DNA of 64,000 nucleotides from Amoebophrya sp. A120 (taxonomy: Eukaryota > Protista > Dinoflagellata), in the NCBI GenBank assembly GCA_905178155.1, contig CAJINV010000018.1, forward strand, positions 848,609-912,608, written 5' to 3'. The notes under the pieces are model-generated. The model was not told where the DNA came from and ran no database searches. It saw only the letters and a list, made by a program, of their open reading frames with translations. The position numbers were made by a program, and so were the translations under genes. Every line of letters begins with the position of its first letter. Positions within the stretch are counted from its first letter, which is position 1. This document shows, piece after piece, positions 49,368 to 61,534 of this stretch.

Positions 49368-49677
49368 GGTCGTGTGTTGCGCGTGTAGTCACGTTCAAGT
49401 TTGCTCCGTGGTGAACTTTCGGGTCGTGCAGGGAAACATGAGTCGCGTTGTCGAGGTATGTTATGAATACATGTGTTGTATACGGATAGGTGCCACAGAT
49501 GAAACTAAGAGACACTGACAAACAACGGTGCGATGTATTTTTTAAAATTCAGATTTCTTGGTAGTGATTTGGACCAACTTTTTATCGGCCAAGAAAATCG
49601 AAAAAAAATCCGGTGGCGCGGCGAAACTGTAGAGGCCAGAGCCAACCAACGTAAGGGGGGCGATTCCCGATTCCCGA

Positions 49678-50330
49678 ATTTTGCATTGCTCAAAATCGAT
49701 TTTGCACTCCCGCAGACGCGGACTGCACAAAATCGATTTTGCATTGCACGAAACCGAATCCCGCAAAATCGATTTTGCATTGCACAAAATTGATTTTGTA
49801 TTGCACAGCATCGATTTTGCGTTGCACAAAACCGAATCCCGATTTTGCAGTGCACAAAATCGATTTTGCATTGCACAAAACCGAAAGCAGCAAAATCGAT
49901 CTTGCAGATCTTGCATTGCACAGAAACGATTTTGCATTGCACAAGATCGATTTTGCATTGCACAAAACCGAATCCCGATTTTGCATTGCACAAAATGGAT
50001 GTTGCATTCCCGCAGACGCGGATTGCACAAAATCGATTTTGCATTGCACAAAACCGAAACCCGCAAAATCGATTTTGCATTGCACAAAATCGATCTTGCA
50101 TTGCACAAAATCGATTTTGCACTGCACAAAATCGATTTTGCATTGCACAAAACCGAATCCCGATTCTGCATTGCACAAAACCGAATCCCGCAAAATCGAT
50201 TTTGCATTGCACAAAATCGATTTTGCATGGCACACAACGCAGATTGCACAAAATCGAATCCGCAGACGCGGATTGCACAAAACCCCTCCTCCAGACGCGC
50301 AATCCCGCAGATTGCACAAAATCGATTTTC
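49678..50330 (+). repeat. Tandem array, about 21-bp unit AAAATCGATTTTGCATTGCAC
   Basis: Many copies directly visible; the AAAATCGATTTT core is a palindrome. Confidence 0.95.
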
Positions 50331-50907
50331 CATTCCCCCAGAACGCAGCGCCGACCACAAGGCCGGTTTTGAGCTGACCACAGGTGGTTCGATGTTGTGG
50401 GTCGCGCAAGGGCTGTTGAAGGCCACACAATCGCCCGACCACACAAAATCGATTTCGCAGCTTCCCAGGTCCGACAGAATCGAGCGGCCGCGTGGCTCAA
50501 TATCGAGGCGGTGCGCCACGCAATCCGCCGGGCCGACGGACTAGGGGGGAGAGCTTCCAGCTATGCGCTTTAGCGGATCTCCCACAAAATCGATTTTGTG
50601 CGTCCGCCCTTTCTTCGCGGATGCAGCCTCCCACGCCAAGGCCTTACCAACCCCCGCCCCAGCCCGCGCCCTATGAGGTACGGGCAACGGGCCCTACCGG
50701 CCACAAAATCGATTCTGCAGCCCCTCAACCCTATGGACAACGTCGGCACCTTGCCGGACATTAGATCTTCCGGAGAGATCTGGACTTCCGGAAAGATCTC
50801 GGGAGATCGCTGCGGTCCGGATTTTCCGACTTCCGGAAAATAGAGCTTCCGAGAAAATAGCAGAAAATCGATCTTGTGCCTCCATTACTATTCAATAGTA
50901 GCGGGAT

Positions 50908-51328
50908 CGGACTAAACCTGGCCCATACCATCGGCGGAGGCAGTTGCTTACTATCCAGTTGGTAATCTGCTGCCAAAAATCCAAAAAAAATCCGAAGGCA
51001 GTCGCGCTCGAGGTGTCGCACGCAAAAATCTGAGCTGTTTTGTGTTGCGTCCCGAGCAAAATAATAATTACTATTGAATAGTAACCAACTGCCTCCGCCG
51101 ATGGTATGGACCAGGTTTGGTCCGTCTCCGTTACTATTGAATAGTAACTCGCGCGCACTTTTGGCGCATTTTTGGCGCACACTCGGGCGCACTTTTGGCA
51201 CACAGAAAATGGACTTTGAAGCGCCTCCGAATCTCTTGAAAGTGCAAGCGTTCGGATTTTTGGCAGCAGATTACCAACTGGATAGTAAGCAACTGCCTCC
51301 GCCGATGGTATGGGCCAGGTTTGGTCCG
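50908..51328. repeat. 75-bp inverted repeat (50908-50982 vs 51254-51328)
   Basis: Arms are reverse complements with about 1 mismatch; partial third copy near 51086-51125. Confidence 0.9.
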
Positions 51329-53871
51329 TTCTCCTTAGCAATGAAGCAGAAAATCGATTTTCCGACTCGATTTTCGATTTCGAGGACTTGCTGATGTCCC
51401 GATCTCGATTTTCGATTTCGGAAAATTCCGGACTTTTCGCAAACTCCGGACTTTTTGAAATTTCCGGAATTTCCGGAACCCGGAAAGTCGATTTTTCGGC
51501 AGTCCCGGAAAGTCCAAGCAACGCGTGGACTTCCGGAACACTTGCTCCTCTGGATTTTCAGGAAGTTGGAAAATCGATTTTGACAAACAGCCAGACAGCC
51601 ACCTGCCTTAGCCACATAGAAGGCCCGCGCCACCTCTTTTGCCCGCACCACCACTGCCGCGGACATCGCACAAGGAGCGGGCCAACAAAATTGATTTTGC
51701 GCGCCTCGGGTGATTGAACCCGCAGACGATTCTGCGAGCCTGAAGCAACTAAAGTCCCCGGCTCTGGGCCCCATCAAGCGCCCAGCGGCTGTCGAGGACT
51801 GAGCCGCGGCACCCACCGAGGGCTGTCTGTTCACAAAATCGATTTTGCGACCCCCGCGCCAGCCGAGAGCCCGTTCCTGGCGCCTCTACGGAGCTCAGAA
51901 CACGCAGACGGGGCCCATGCCGCTCCCGCGGCTTTTCAGAACTTGGGCCCGGATGTAAGAAAGTCACAAGCTCGGGCGTTTTTCATTGGTTTCTACGCTG
52001 GGCCAACGCGATGAATGTGCGGAACTTCATCTGGGCGCAAGTTCTGGAGTTCGCGATCATCCCTAAGCCTGTAGCGTGCGAGCGAAACATCGATCCAAGG
52101 CGGGCAGAGGCCCGTCCTCTGCGACTTCGCCCCACGCAATCAATTTTGCAGCTTTTGCCGGAATTTCCGGCTTTTGTGTTGGTAAAATCGATTTTGCGAA
52201 CACGCGCGGATTGTGTGGCCCCGCCCGAGGATAGGGCATCTTCGAAAAGCGTGCCCGAAGGGTGCGCACAAAATCGAATCTGTCCGCGGGTACTCACAAA
52301 ATCGATTTTGTGAGCACCACCCGCCGGGCGGAACATGACAACCCGGCGCCCCCAACCCGGCTGCGGGAATCTTTCTGGCAGCCCGGACGCTCCAGGGTGG
52401 GGCCTAACGCCTCAGGACACCGGCAAAAACTGCCGCGAGACCGAGTTGGCGCATTCTCGAGCTTCGAGAACGCGGGCAACCGACTTCGCTTCGCGCTACT
52501 TTGCTTCGCTTGTGGACGTTAGCAGCCGCGGCACAAAGTCGATTTTTTGCGGCGTGCCTGGATTTTTTGCGGATTTTTTTCCGATTTTCTTAACATTTTT
52601 GAAGTCGGTCCAAATCAGTACTAAGATTTCTGAAGTGAAACGAAACATGAGGACATTATGTGGCACAGTTCACTACAACTAGAACTACTAGTATGGTCAG
52701 TCCATAAAATACAGATGAGTTATGCTCTTTCTTCGATCTTCAGTAGCATTTTTTCAGCAGGAAGCTTCGAGTCGCTTCATCATAGTGGAGCTTTCATTTT
52801 CGGCTTATCTCCGTTCGGACAAGATCCTTCGGTTGCTTTTTCTTGCTACGTAGATCCTTTAAAGGAGAAAGCTCATCAAAAACAAAAACGGATCTTTACT
52901 TTCGTATAAAAAACAGATCATCGCAGTGCGTTGTAATATTAATATTCAGGCTGTTACAAAGGCCCTGCGAGGCTAGCCGCAACAACTCAGAAAGACACTT
53001 CAGATCAACTCGTATGTGTCGTTCCACAGAGTATTTGAATTCACCACGTGTTTTTGAAATAGTCAACGTGAAGCACGATTTTGATCTCTTCGTCTTGCAA
53101 CAAAATTGCAACGTATCTTTTGGATGCTGAGTCTCTACGAACACAACATGCACAGGGGCAGACTCGCACTCCCTCATGACCACGAGCACTGGGTACGACA
53201 CCTCTACAGTGTCCCAAGGAAGTTTCTTTCTTGCCGGATGGTCCTGCGAAACACTAAGACGCCCGAAACGCAACAAACTTTGAACCATTATGATTTCCTC
53301 TTCATTTTGGCAACTTATAATGCCCGTTTCATCTCTATGGCCCTCACGTGTGTCACGATCTGACTCGACGTCACCCGATCCAAAGACCACCTCAACTGCT
53401 GTGTGAATTTACTTTGAAACTGTGTCAACCTCGCCTTGTATCGAATAAAAATAAACTGTGAAAATCTTTGCCTTGACAAATCACTATACCTATACCTGCT
53501 GCTGTATCGAATAAAAATAAACTGTAAAAACGCTGAACCTCCGTACTAATCCTAAAAAACGCAAGATCGCTGAGGTAGTGGTCTTCGAGGGTGAACGGAT
53601 CCTGTGAAGAGTACGCGGTGCAAAGAAATACAGCAACATCGCAAACCACCAAAAGCTGTCATTCAAAAAACATTTGTAGATTCCTGTACTAGGGATTGCT
53701 CTAGCTTGTCAGCGTTTCTTGCTCTTAGTGCTGTGGTCTAAGAAAGTACGTACAGTAAATATATTTGTCTTCCTCCCACCAAACTGAAAATTCCTTTACC
53801 GATATAATTCTACATACTGAACTAATTCTGCTGTCCTTGTTGCTGCACCACCATCAACGCGGACCGCCCTC

Positions 53872-56800
53872 CTACACCTTCATGCCCTGCAGGAACGACT
53901 TTGCCTCGCCGAGGGCTTCGATTTCACCAGTCATGTGCTCCTGTCGGATGTCGATATCAACTGCAAAAATGTCTGGGTGTGGGTCTGGAAGATTGCCAGG
54001 TTTGTAATGCATATCTTGCATGGCCCATGATGCCTGTGATGCATGATTTAGCATCACAGATTTTCGAAGCGCTTCCTGATGCCTATTCCGCATGAGAGAC
54101 GCCCTCTTGGCATATTTAAGAATCGGACTCCTCTTGCTGGTCATGCAACACATATTTTTTTGGAATGCGAAGACAGCATGACAAACCTTCCATTCTCCCC
54201 GACCCAGACATGTCTGCATTTGATAGTCGAAGTTATCGAACAAAAACTTGCAGTCGTCCTTCCACTGCTTCAGCTGCAAGTCCTCATTGTACTTCTCGTC
54301 CATTGTGAACTTCTTTTTTTCCGTTTTCGCCTGCAGGTCCTCTTCCGCTGCGGCCTTCTCCTCGCGAAGCTGCGACAAAAACGCTTTCTTATCCTTAATG
54401 GATTCTTATGGATGGGAAAAAAACTGCGGTCTGATAGTTCATCTTTCTTTTGTGTGCGTCCTGTGGTCGGTGTTTTTCTTAAAGTTAAAATCGACCGGCT
54501 TCCAAGCGATATGGATATTTTCATTTGCCTTGCCGAAGAGACCACAGATGCAAAATCCCTCGTGGTTCTCGCGCAGAGATGAGTATACTAAGCGTAAGCA
54601 TCACTGCCGTGTTTTCAACATAAAAAACTAAAACACTGCGACACAGTTATGTCGCCCTGCTCAAGATTGTAAGTACGCACGAAATCTTATGAGCACATAC
54701 AAATAGTCCACACCCGGCTGCAAATGACATATTTAAAAACCAGCATCAGACACACATGTTTTTTTCCCCCTCGATAGCTCATTTGCATCCTTTACGGCCT
54801 TTTCGTATTCCGCCTGACTGGCCTTCTCGTTCTGGATGCGAACCTCCGCGGACTTCTCCGTGTCTGCGATGATGGTGGCAATCATGGTCATGACCTTGTT
54901 GCCCCCCGCGGACTTGGCGTAGGTCTTGAATTTGGGCTGGTCGGCCCTGGCCTGCAGCAACAGCTTCGCACCGTACACCTTTGCGAGCACTTCCTCCGCC
55001 TTCTTCAACACCTTGATGGAAGCTTTCTCGTCCGCGAGCGCAGGCTATGAGAGTGCACAACTCCCCTTCCAACACCAACTCATACATTTGTATAGCACGA
55101 GCTGCAACTACCGCAGCAATGCTATGCCACGAATGTAGGTTTTGCATGACAAGTCCGGACATGGGTTGCAGTGCTATTTCTTGGGCGTCCAAAACTTGTC
55201 ATGCGCAGAGTGCTTTCAAAAGCACGAGGTGGGTTCGGTATTTCGCATGACAAATGAGGGGGAGAGGAAGTTGCGTACTCTCATATGGCCTGGTAGTCCG
55301 CGTTCTCCTGGGCCCGGATCTCGGAGAGCTCCTTCAGTTCCGTCTATCCCACGAAAAAAGTGTTACAGTTACACATTTGTAGTCAATTCAGCAACACAAA
55401 TTTCTCGTCTGCATGTAGTGCAGAAATCGTAGGGGAAAACACCTATGAAACGGGGCTCCTATGCATATCCGGCACGACAAAGGTTGCCTGTCTTGCTTGT
55501 TTCGCAACACAATGTGTAACTGTAACACTTTTTTTTGCAATACCTTCTCCTCCTTCTCCAGCGCTTCGGTGGTCTCGTCCATGGCCTGCTCAAGCCCCTG
55601 GATTTTGATCTCGAGCCGCTCCTTCGCGGCGTTCAGGTTGTCGATATGCATTGCAAATATGTCAGGATCTGGAAACTTGTGACGCAAGGCACGGAATAGT
55701 GAGCACATCGTAATGCGCTACCAAGCATGACAAGTTTTTCCGAAGTACTACGTTGCGTATCCCGCATGAGAAACTTCGTTTTTGCATAGCAGGCAAGAGA
55801 AACCCTTTGCGATGATTGGCAACACAAAGTCCAGAGTCATGCCAGACCAGCATGACAAACACAGATCTCGCATTTTCCCCGACCCAGACGTCTTTGAATT
55901 TGATAGTCGATATCCGTCTGCAATTTTGTGACCAGCGTGGTCCGGTCGTTGATCTCGGTGGTGCAGGTATCTTTTTGTTATCCACAGGAGAAAGTTTCCA
56001 GTGCGCAACGCTGTACAAATGCAGTTTCTGCATGAAGTGTTTCTCTCTGAACCATATACCTACCCGCCATTCGGCATGACAAGTGGCCTGCCTTCATGTA
56101 TGTTGTCGAAATTTGAAGTGCATTTTGTACGTCGTGTACGGGAAGAAAGTAAATTCGCATCGCATATTTGCTTCACGTCGTCTGCCATTTGCTTCTTAAT
56201 ATCCGCTACCAGGGCGTCGATGGCGGAGATGACCGGTGCAAACGCGTCGGCCTTCACCTTTTGCGCCAGGATCAGCAGTGCCTTGTTGGCGTATCGCTGT
56301 CCCTATCAAATGCAAAAATGTCTGGGTCTGGAAAAATCCAAGATTTGTCATGCATATTTATCATGACCCATGATGCCGGTAATGCATGCCCTAGCATCAC
56401 AGGTTTTTTGAGGGATTCTTGATGCCCATTCCGCATGACAAATGCCCTCTCCGCGTAGCAAAAATTAGATTCCTTTTGCTGCTCATGCAACACAAATTTT
56501 TTAGACATCGAAACGCAGCATCACGAGGTGCATTCTTCCAGACCCACACACTTTTACATTTGATAGCCCGGCCCGGCGGAGGATCTTCTGTGCCTCCGAG
56601 ATGCGCTGTTCCCGCTGTGGGATTCTCAATTGTTACATTCTCAACTGTTACAGGAATTTGTCATGCAGAAGCACCATCATCATCCTCACGATCAAGCTGC
56701 TCCGCATGACAAATTTGGCAAGGCCTAAACCGCGCCTAAATCTGTGCGGAATTTGTATGCTACAGGTGCAACCTTCCCCCTTGTACTTTTCCAATTCTTG

Positions 56801-59491
56801 CATCACAAGCTCATGTAACAGTTGAGAATGTAACAGTTGAGAACGCCATACCCGCTCCTCCAGGGCCGAGGACGACGCGGCTCCCTGCAGCTGCAGAAAC
56901 CCGAGGGCAATGCACTGCAAAAGCATCCTACTAGTAGTATAAACGCATTACAAATTTCACCAGCATGAGACATAAAATTTGTAATGCTGATTTACCCCAA
57001 GAAAAAGATTTGTAACGCATGACTGCAATACGAGTACGATACTTTTGCACAGGATAAGGGCGCGCCCGAACAGCGCGTGAGCCTCGTCCGAGTTCAGGAA
57101 TTCCAGCGCCTTGCCCACCGCGGCGATTTCCTCCGCGCGGGCCTTGGTTCGCTCCTCAAACTCCGCGTCCGCAAGGGTGCACGTCTCCGTTGCCTCGGCC
57201 AGCGTGGTGGTGTCGGCCTCGATATAACAATGCACAACTCCCCCTCCCCCTCATTTGTATATTAGCATGAACGTCAATACACGCATCAGCAAGAATGCCG
57301 GTTTTGCATGACAAATTTTCACTGGAGCAGAGCGCTATTTGGGCTGCCAGAACTTGTCATGCAAACAGTGCCAAGAGGCAAACGATGGATTGGGTATTTT
57401 GCACGACAAATGAGGGGGAGGACGTCGAGTTGTGCACTGTCATACTCGAGGCCCGCCTCGCACAATGCCTTCTTCGCCGTGTTCTCTGCGAGCATTTTCA
57501 TGGCGTCGGCCAACTTTTCCTTCTCCTTCTTCAACGTGGCTTGGTCCTGTCATATATATGTGGATTTCGGGTTTGATGCACATTTTTTGGTCTAGAATCA
57601 AAATCGATAGCCGCAGTGTAACTACAAGCATTGTAAATTAGCTGCAGTTCTTCAGGGTGAAACAAGTAGCTGAAACTGCAGTAAAAATGCAGATGAAGTA
57701 AAAACACATCTATTTACCTTTGCGATCATCTCTTCTTTCATCTTCTTCTGGGCCGCAAAATTCTCGAGCGCTGCTGCTTCAGTTGAGTATGGCGGGGAAA
57801 GATGAAAACCGTGTGGTGTTGTCCTGACTATGGTCGCGTCGCAGCTGGATACGCCTACAACAGAAATTTTTGACGATGAAAATGTCAGCATTTGCAGTTT
57901 GCATCATCATGCCTGGATGGGGTGCTATCAGCGGACACGTCATCGTCGATGCAAAAACAATCCCCAACCTACGTCGAGGACAACTACACCGAGTTTACTA
58001 TTCTCTCCCCTTCCATATTTCCCGCGACTCTTTCAAATCTGCGGTGAAGGTGTCGAGCATGTTCTCGAGAATTCCAAAAATTTCACCGCTCTGGGAGGAA
58101 TACGCCGAGAAAGTTGGCTGCTGCAGAAAGTCCTGTACCGACTCGTTCTGCGACTCGGACAGCTCGTTTGAATTATGCAATGCAAAAATATAAATATCGG
58201 GCAAGCGTAGTCCACATTGATTTTGCTTCACACGCTTGTGGTGATCTACCAAAATCACATGGGAATATCAAAAGCGGTTTTCATGAAAACTTGTCATGCT
58301 GTGACGCAATGCTTGGTACTACGAGGCACGATAGTTTTGCTCAACATCTTCATACTTATGCCTCAGCTGCAGCAACCTGACGGATTTGGACAGGGTTTTT
58401 TTCACTGTCATCAAGACACCGGTGGCGGAGTCTTCCTGCAGAAAGCTGTTGTGCTTTTTCAAAACAGTGAGTGCGGACTTCAGTGCGCCAATGGCCTGGA
58501 TCATCTCCTTCTCTTCGGCCGAAAAGGACGCGAGTTCCTTCGCCCGCATCTCCGTGGCCTCCTCCAGCGCTGCGGAATTTCCCTCGATGGCTTTCTCTAG
58601 GGCTTTGATTTCCGCGCCGGCTTCGGCCTGTCGCCCCGTAGCGGACTCGATGTTGGCGGTGGACTGTGAGATGCAGGCTTTGTTCGCCTCGATGCTGGCT
58701 TTGGTGTCTTATGGCGTTCTCAACTGTAGTTACATTTTCAACTGCTACATGGATTTGTGATGCAAGAATGGGAAAAGTGAAAGGGTGGAGATTGCACCTG
58801 TAGCATTACAAATTCCGCACAGATTTAGGCGCTGTTGAGCCCTAGGCAAGTTTGTCATGCGAAGCAGCTTGATCGCTTGGATGATGATGGTGCTTTTGCG
58901 TGACAAATTCCTGTAACAGTTGAGAATGTAACGTTTGAGAACCCCATATGTCTTTCTTCGTGGTTTTGCACCAGCAGTTCATCTTCTTGTACGTGGCTTG
59001 GTCTTCTTCGCCCTCCGTAGGTGTATGCATTGCAAAATAAGTATCGCACTCGTAGGAATTATTGCAATGACGCATGAAAAAGTTTTCTTTTTCGAGTAAA
59101 ATCAGCATGACAAACTCTTGTCGTGCTGAGCTAATTTGTAATGCAATAACTGCTAGTACGATACTTTTGCGATTCATAAACGAGCTGCGTCTGCATGTCC
59201 TTCAACAACTTGATCACTTTCGACACGGGCTATGCATTGCAAAAGTATCATCGCAGTGGTAGTTGTAAATGCCATATCGCATGACAAGTCTCCTTCCTTC
59301 AACTCAATCGGCATTACAACATCTTCTAAAGAAAATATTTTTTGACAAAATTTGTGATGCGACAGCTGCTACTTCTATACAACTTTCGCAATGCGTACAG
59401 GCCTTTCCTTCTTCAAAAACGTAGCAGCGGTGGTGGACAAAAAGGATGCGAGGAGAACGTGGGCCGTTCTCCTCATCCTGCAGTTCCGCAT
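53872..59491 (-). CDS. Secreted long coiled-coil protein of a dinoflagellate-type family, carrying 14 introners
   Basis: Signal-like RTAHVLLASFLSTTAAT; ERPVSKVIKLLKDMQTQLVTEGEEDQATYKKMNCWC; SQSGEIFGILENMLDTFTADL; FEERTKARAEEIAAVGKALEFL; CKFLFDNFDIRQEHM..EIEALGEAKSFLQGM*. Confidence 0.85.
53955..54225. mobile_element. Introner family B
   Basis: TSD gtcga/gtcga. Confidence 0.92.
54407..54776. mobile_element. Old introner, distinct family
   Basis: TIR TATSGAKGGGAAAAAAAC..GTCTGAT; TSD decayed; removal gives DANE|SIKDK. Confidence 0.7.
55046..55285. mobile_element. Introner family E
   Basis: TIR TATGAGAGTRCRCAACT; TSD decayed; frame restored on removal. Confidence 0.85.
55345..55542. mobile_element. 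Introner family G
   Basis: TIR AAAAAAGTGTTACAGTTACACATT; TSD ccgtc/ccttc. Confidence 0.85.
55645..55905. mobile_element. Introner family B
   Basis: TSD gtcga/gtcga. Confidence 0.9.
55979..56166. mobile_element. Introner, F-like and diverged
   Basis: TSD tttgt/tttgc; removal gives VKQ|KDTCTTE. Confidence 0.75.
56304..56565. mobile_element. Introner family B
   Basis: Family B TIRs; flanks gtccc/gcccg. Confidence 0.88.
56616..56850. mobile_element. Introner family C (left end TGT)
   Basis: TSD cccgc/cccgc. Confidence 0.9.
56909..57056. mobile_element. Introner family A (left end AAT)
   Basis: TSD agggc/agggc. Confidence 0.9.
57223..57444. mobile_element. Introner family E
   Basis: TSD ctcga/ctcga. 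Confidence 0.9.
58174..58354. mobile_element. Decayed introner
   Basis: TAT..ATA ends; removing it plus 5 nt gives RHK|NELSES. Confidence 0.6.
58710..58948. mobile_element. Introner family C
   Basis: TSD tgtct/tgtct. Confidence 0.92.
59024..59178. mobile_element. Introner family A
   Basis: Family A TIRs; TSD decayed; removal gives QLV|TEGEED. Confidence 0.85.
59231..59397. mobile_element. Introner family A, diverged
   Basis: TAT..GTA ends; TSD cgggc/caggc. Confidence 0.8.
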
Positions 59492-60396
59492 CTTTAGGCC
59501 TGCTACCGGAGTGTTATCGATCCTAGACACGGCACTACAACTTCCAATGGAAATTTTTTTGGACTGTGTTTTTTCGAGACGCAAAAGGCGCAATATGATA
59601 TATCGTAATGATGATGATGTTGGCAGTGTGCCCTTTAGCGGACTGCTGCGTGCTACTCCCTCCTCCAGCCCGAGAGCAGCTGAACCCCGAGAGCAGCTGA
59701 ACGCCGATCGTAATTCTAATTTGAAAATAAAGCAGCACCGAAATATGCTTGAAACGACAACGGCGTTTTCGGGTGGCTCCACTACAGCCGATTTGGGAAG
59801 CTATGAAAAACACGTAGTGGATCCTCATCGACCTGAGACTGCAGCGCCAACGCTACCAAAAAAGTAAAATTCATGAAAAAAGGAAGCACCTGGCGTTTGG
59901 CTTGACCGACCGAGGGAGGTAACAACACGACGAGAGGCACAAGGTCCTCGCAATCCGTAAGCAGAACACGAAATACCACAACAAATCGAAATCTTTGTCA
60001 GGCGCTCCATGCAGAACAACTCATTTTCATGATATGATTTGAGCGGAAAAAAAGTTCTTCTTCATCGACTTCATCGAACAGCTCGGAAAGTTTTTAGAAG
60101 AAGTGGCGATATGGGAAGTAAATGGAGGTAAAGCCAGACGTCAGTGCCTTCCCTCCACCACTGCTCATCGTGATCAGAAACCAAAGGTCGCCTGACTCTC
60201 CCTGAGAACTTACGATCCAGGTGCGCTCCTGTTTCTGGATGAGGAAAAGTTGGGCGACGATGCAAAAGCTGCCGAATTGCTACCGAAAAGGCCCGCAACA
60301 TGCGAGCTCGGGCTGCTTACCCCTGCACTGGGTTTCGCGTTGTCCGTCGCTTTGTTTGTTTTTTTGCATTCCACTTCGTGATTTCCGACGAAGCCA

Positions 60397-60883
60397 TCAG
60401 GCGCCGAGCTCCACGTAGTGAACCACCGACGACGAGCCCGGGCAGCTCCAAGCTCCGCTGCCGCCTGACGCAATAGGGTACCCGGGGCACTCGTTTTTCG
60501 ACAGCTTGTCAACACAAAAACCGTGGGCCTTTTCTTCACAGCTGCCCGCTCGAGTCATACTAAACTCCTTCCACTCACTACCGCACAGGCAATTGACCTT
60601 TTGGCCGGCAGAAGCAACAGCGCCTCCGACAGCAGCAGCAGCAGCTACAGTAGCGAGGCCCAGTGGTTTTTCCTTTTCCAGCAGCCCGCCCGCGGCGCCA
60701 TCACTCCCGATCACGACCTGCTGGGCATCATCCTCGGGCTTTTTCGCCTCTCCATTCGCGGAAGCAGCCGCCTCGTCGGAAAACTCGGTCTCACTGGGGG
60801 GGGGGCACTATCCCTCGCACTGAGGACGACGCGAGAAGCACGGCCGAAATCAACAGCTTTTTTAAAATTTCGAACGCCATCAT
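60397..60883 (-). CDS. Small secreted Cys-containing protein, frameshifted at a 10-nt G/C homopolymer
   Basis: Signal-like MMAFEILKKLLISAVLLASSSVRG; with 9 rather than 10 C the frame reads VPPPSETEF... into the 6-Cys ORF ending at 60397. Confidence 0.55.
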
Positions 60884-61534
60884 TTCAATTTCTCGGATCG
60901 ATTCGTCTTTTGTTGAACCGACTTGGACGGCCGGCTGGCCGTTTCGCAAAAGAGAAGCTACGTCCTCTTGTCGTTGTCCTCGGAACGGAATCAGCAGCAA
61001 AAAATAACGACAGCCTATTCTGGGAGTACTAGTCAAAACGATAAAGAACGCTACTTCGTACGAAAACCTAGCAGACCCGGAAGAACAAGATCCAACGAGA
61101 AAATGCTGTGTGTCTGTCAAGAATAAGACGCATTCGCCTTTCGCTTTCCTCCTAGTTTTCGATGGATTGGTATATTTCTTTTCTGCTTTTTTACCATCCC
61201 AAGATAGACCCGCCTGCGGGCAGCTTGTCTTTTTTCAAAACCCGGGTCATTTTCCGGCAGATAAATCCTCACCTTCCTTTTCTTCTTCTTGGAAACAAAG
61301 AGTTGCAAACGAGCTTCTTGGCTAGGAGCAGCTCTGCAAAATGAAAATCTGCTCCCGTGGAAAGAGCATGCAGAAGTAACCCACCTTTTCTGAGAAACCA
61401 AAAGCTAGAAACTGAAACTGTGAATACGCAAAGCTTCCTTCCCCTGTGTCACGACGACTGCTTGAAAAAAAACCTGCCTTATAATTCCTTCAAACAGATA
61501 TATGTTGACCTCCTACTTCTCGTCCCTGTCGCGG

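Larger units (their letters stand above)
49548..52634. mobile_element. 3.1-kb foldback-like element with about 65-bp imperfect TIRs
   Basis: ttcagatttcttggtagtgatttggacc..aagaaaatcgaaaaaaaatccg vs reverse complement ttcagaaatcttagtactgatttggacc..aagaaaatcggaaaaaaatccg; no clear TSD. Confidence 0.65.

Noticed and set aside
49505-50544. Cys-rich repeat ORFs (FCAMQNR, CKIDFVQ) or a CRISPR-like array
   Set aside because: These are translations of a 21-bp tandem repeat; there are no unique spacers and no cas genes.
52896-53390. 164-aa minus-strand ORF as a possible transposase remnant
   Set aside because: No DDE or other motif recognisable by eye; would need an HMM search.
53437-53525. 23-bp direct repeat tgtatcgaataaaaataaactgt
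   Set aside because: Two copies in AT-rich intergenic DNA with no further structure.
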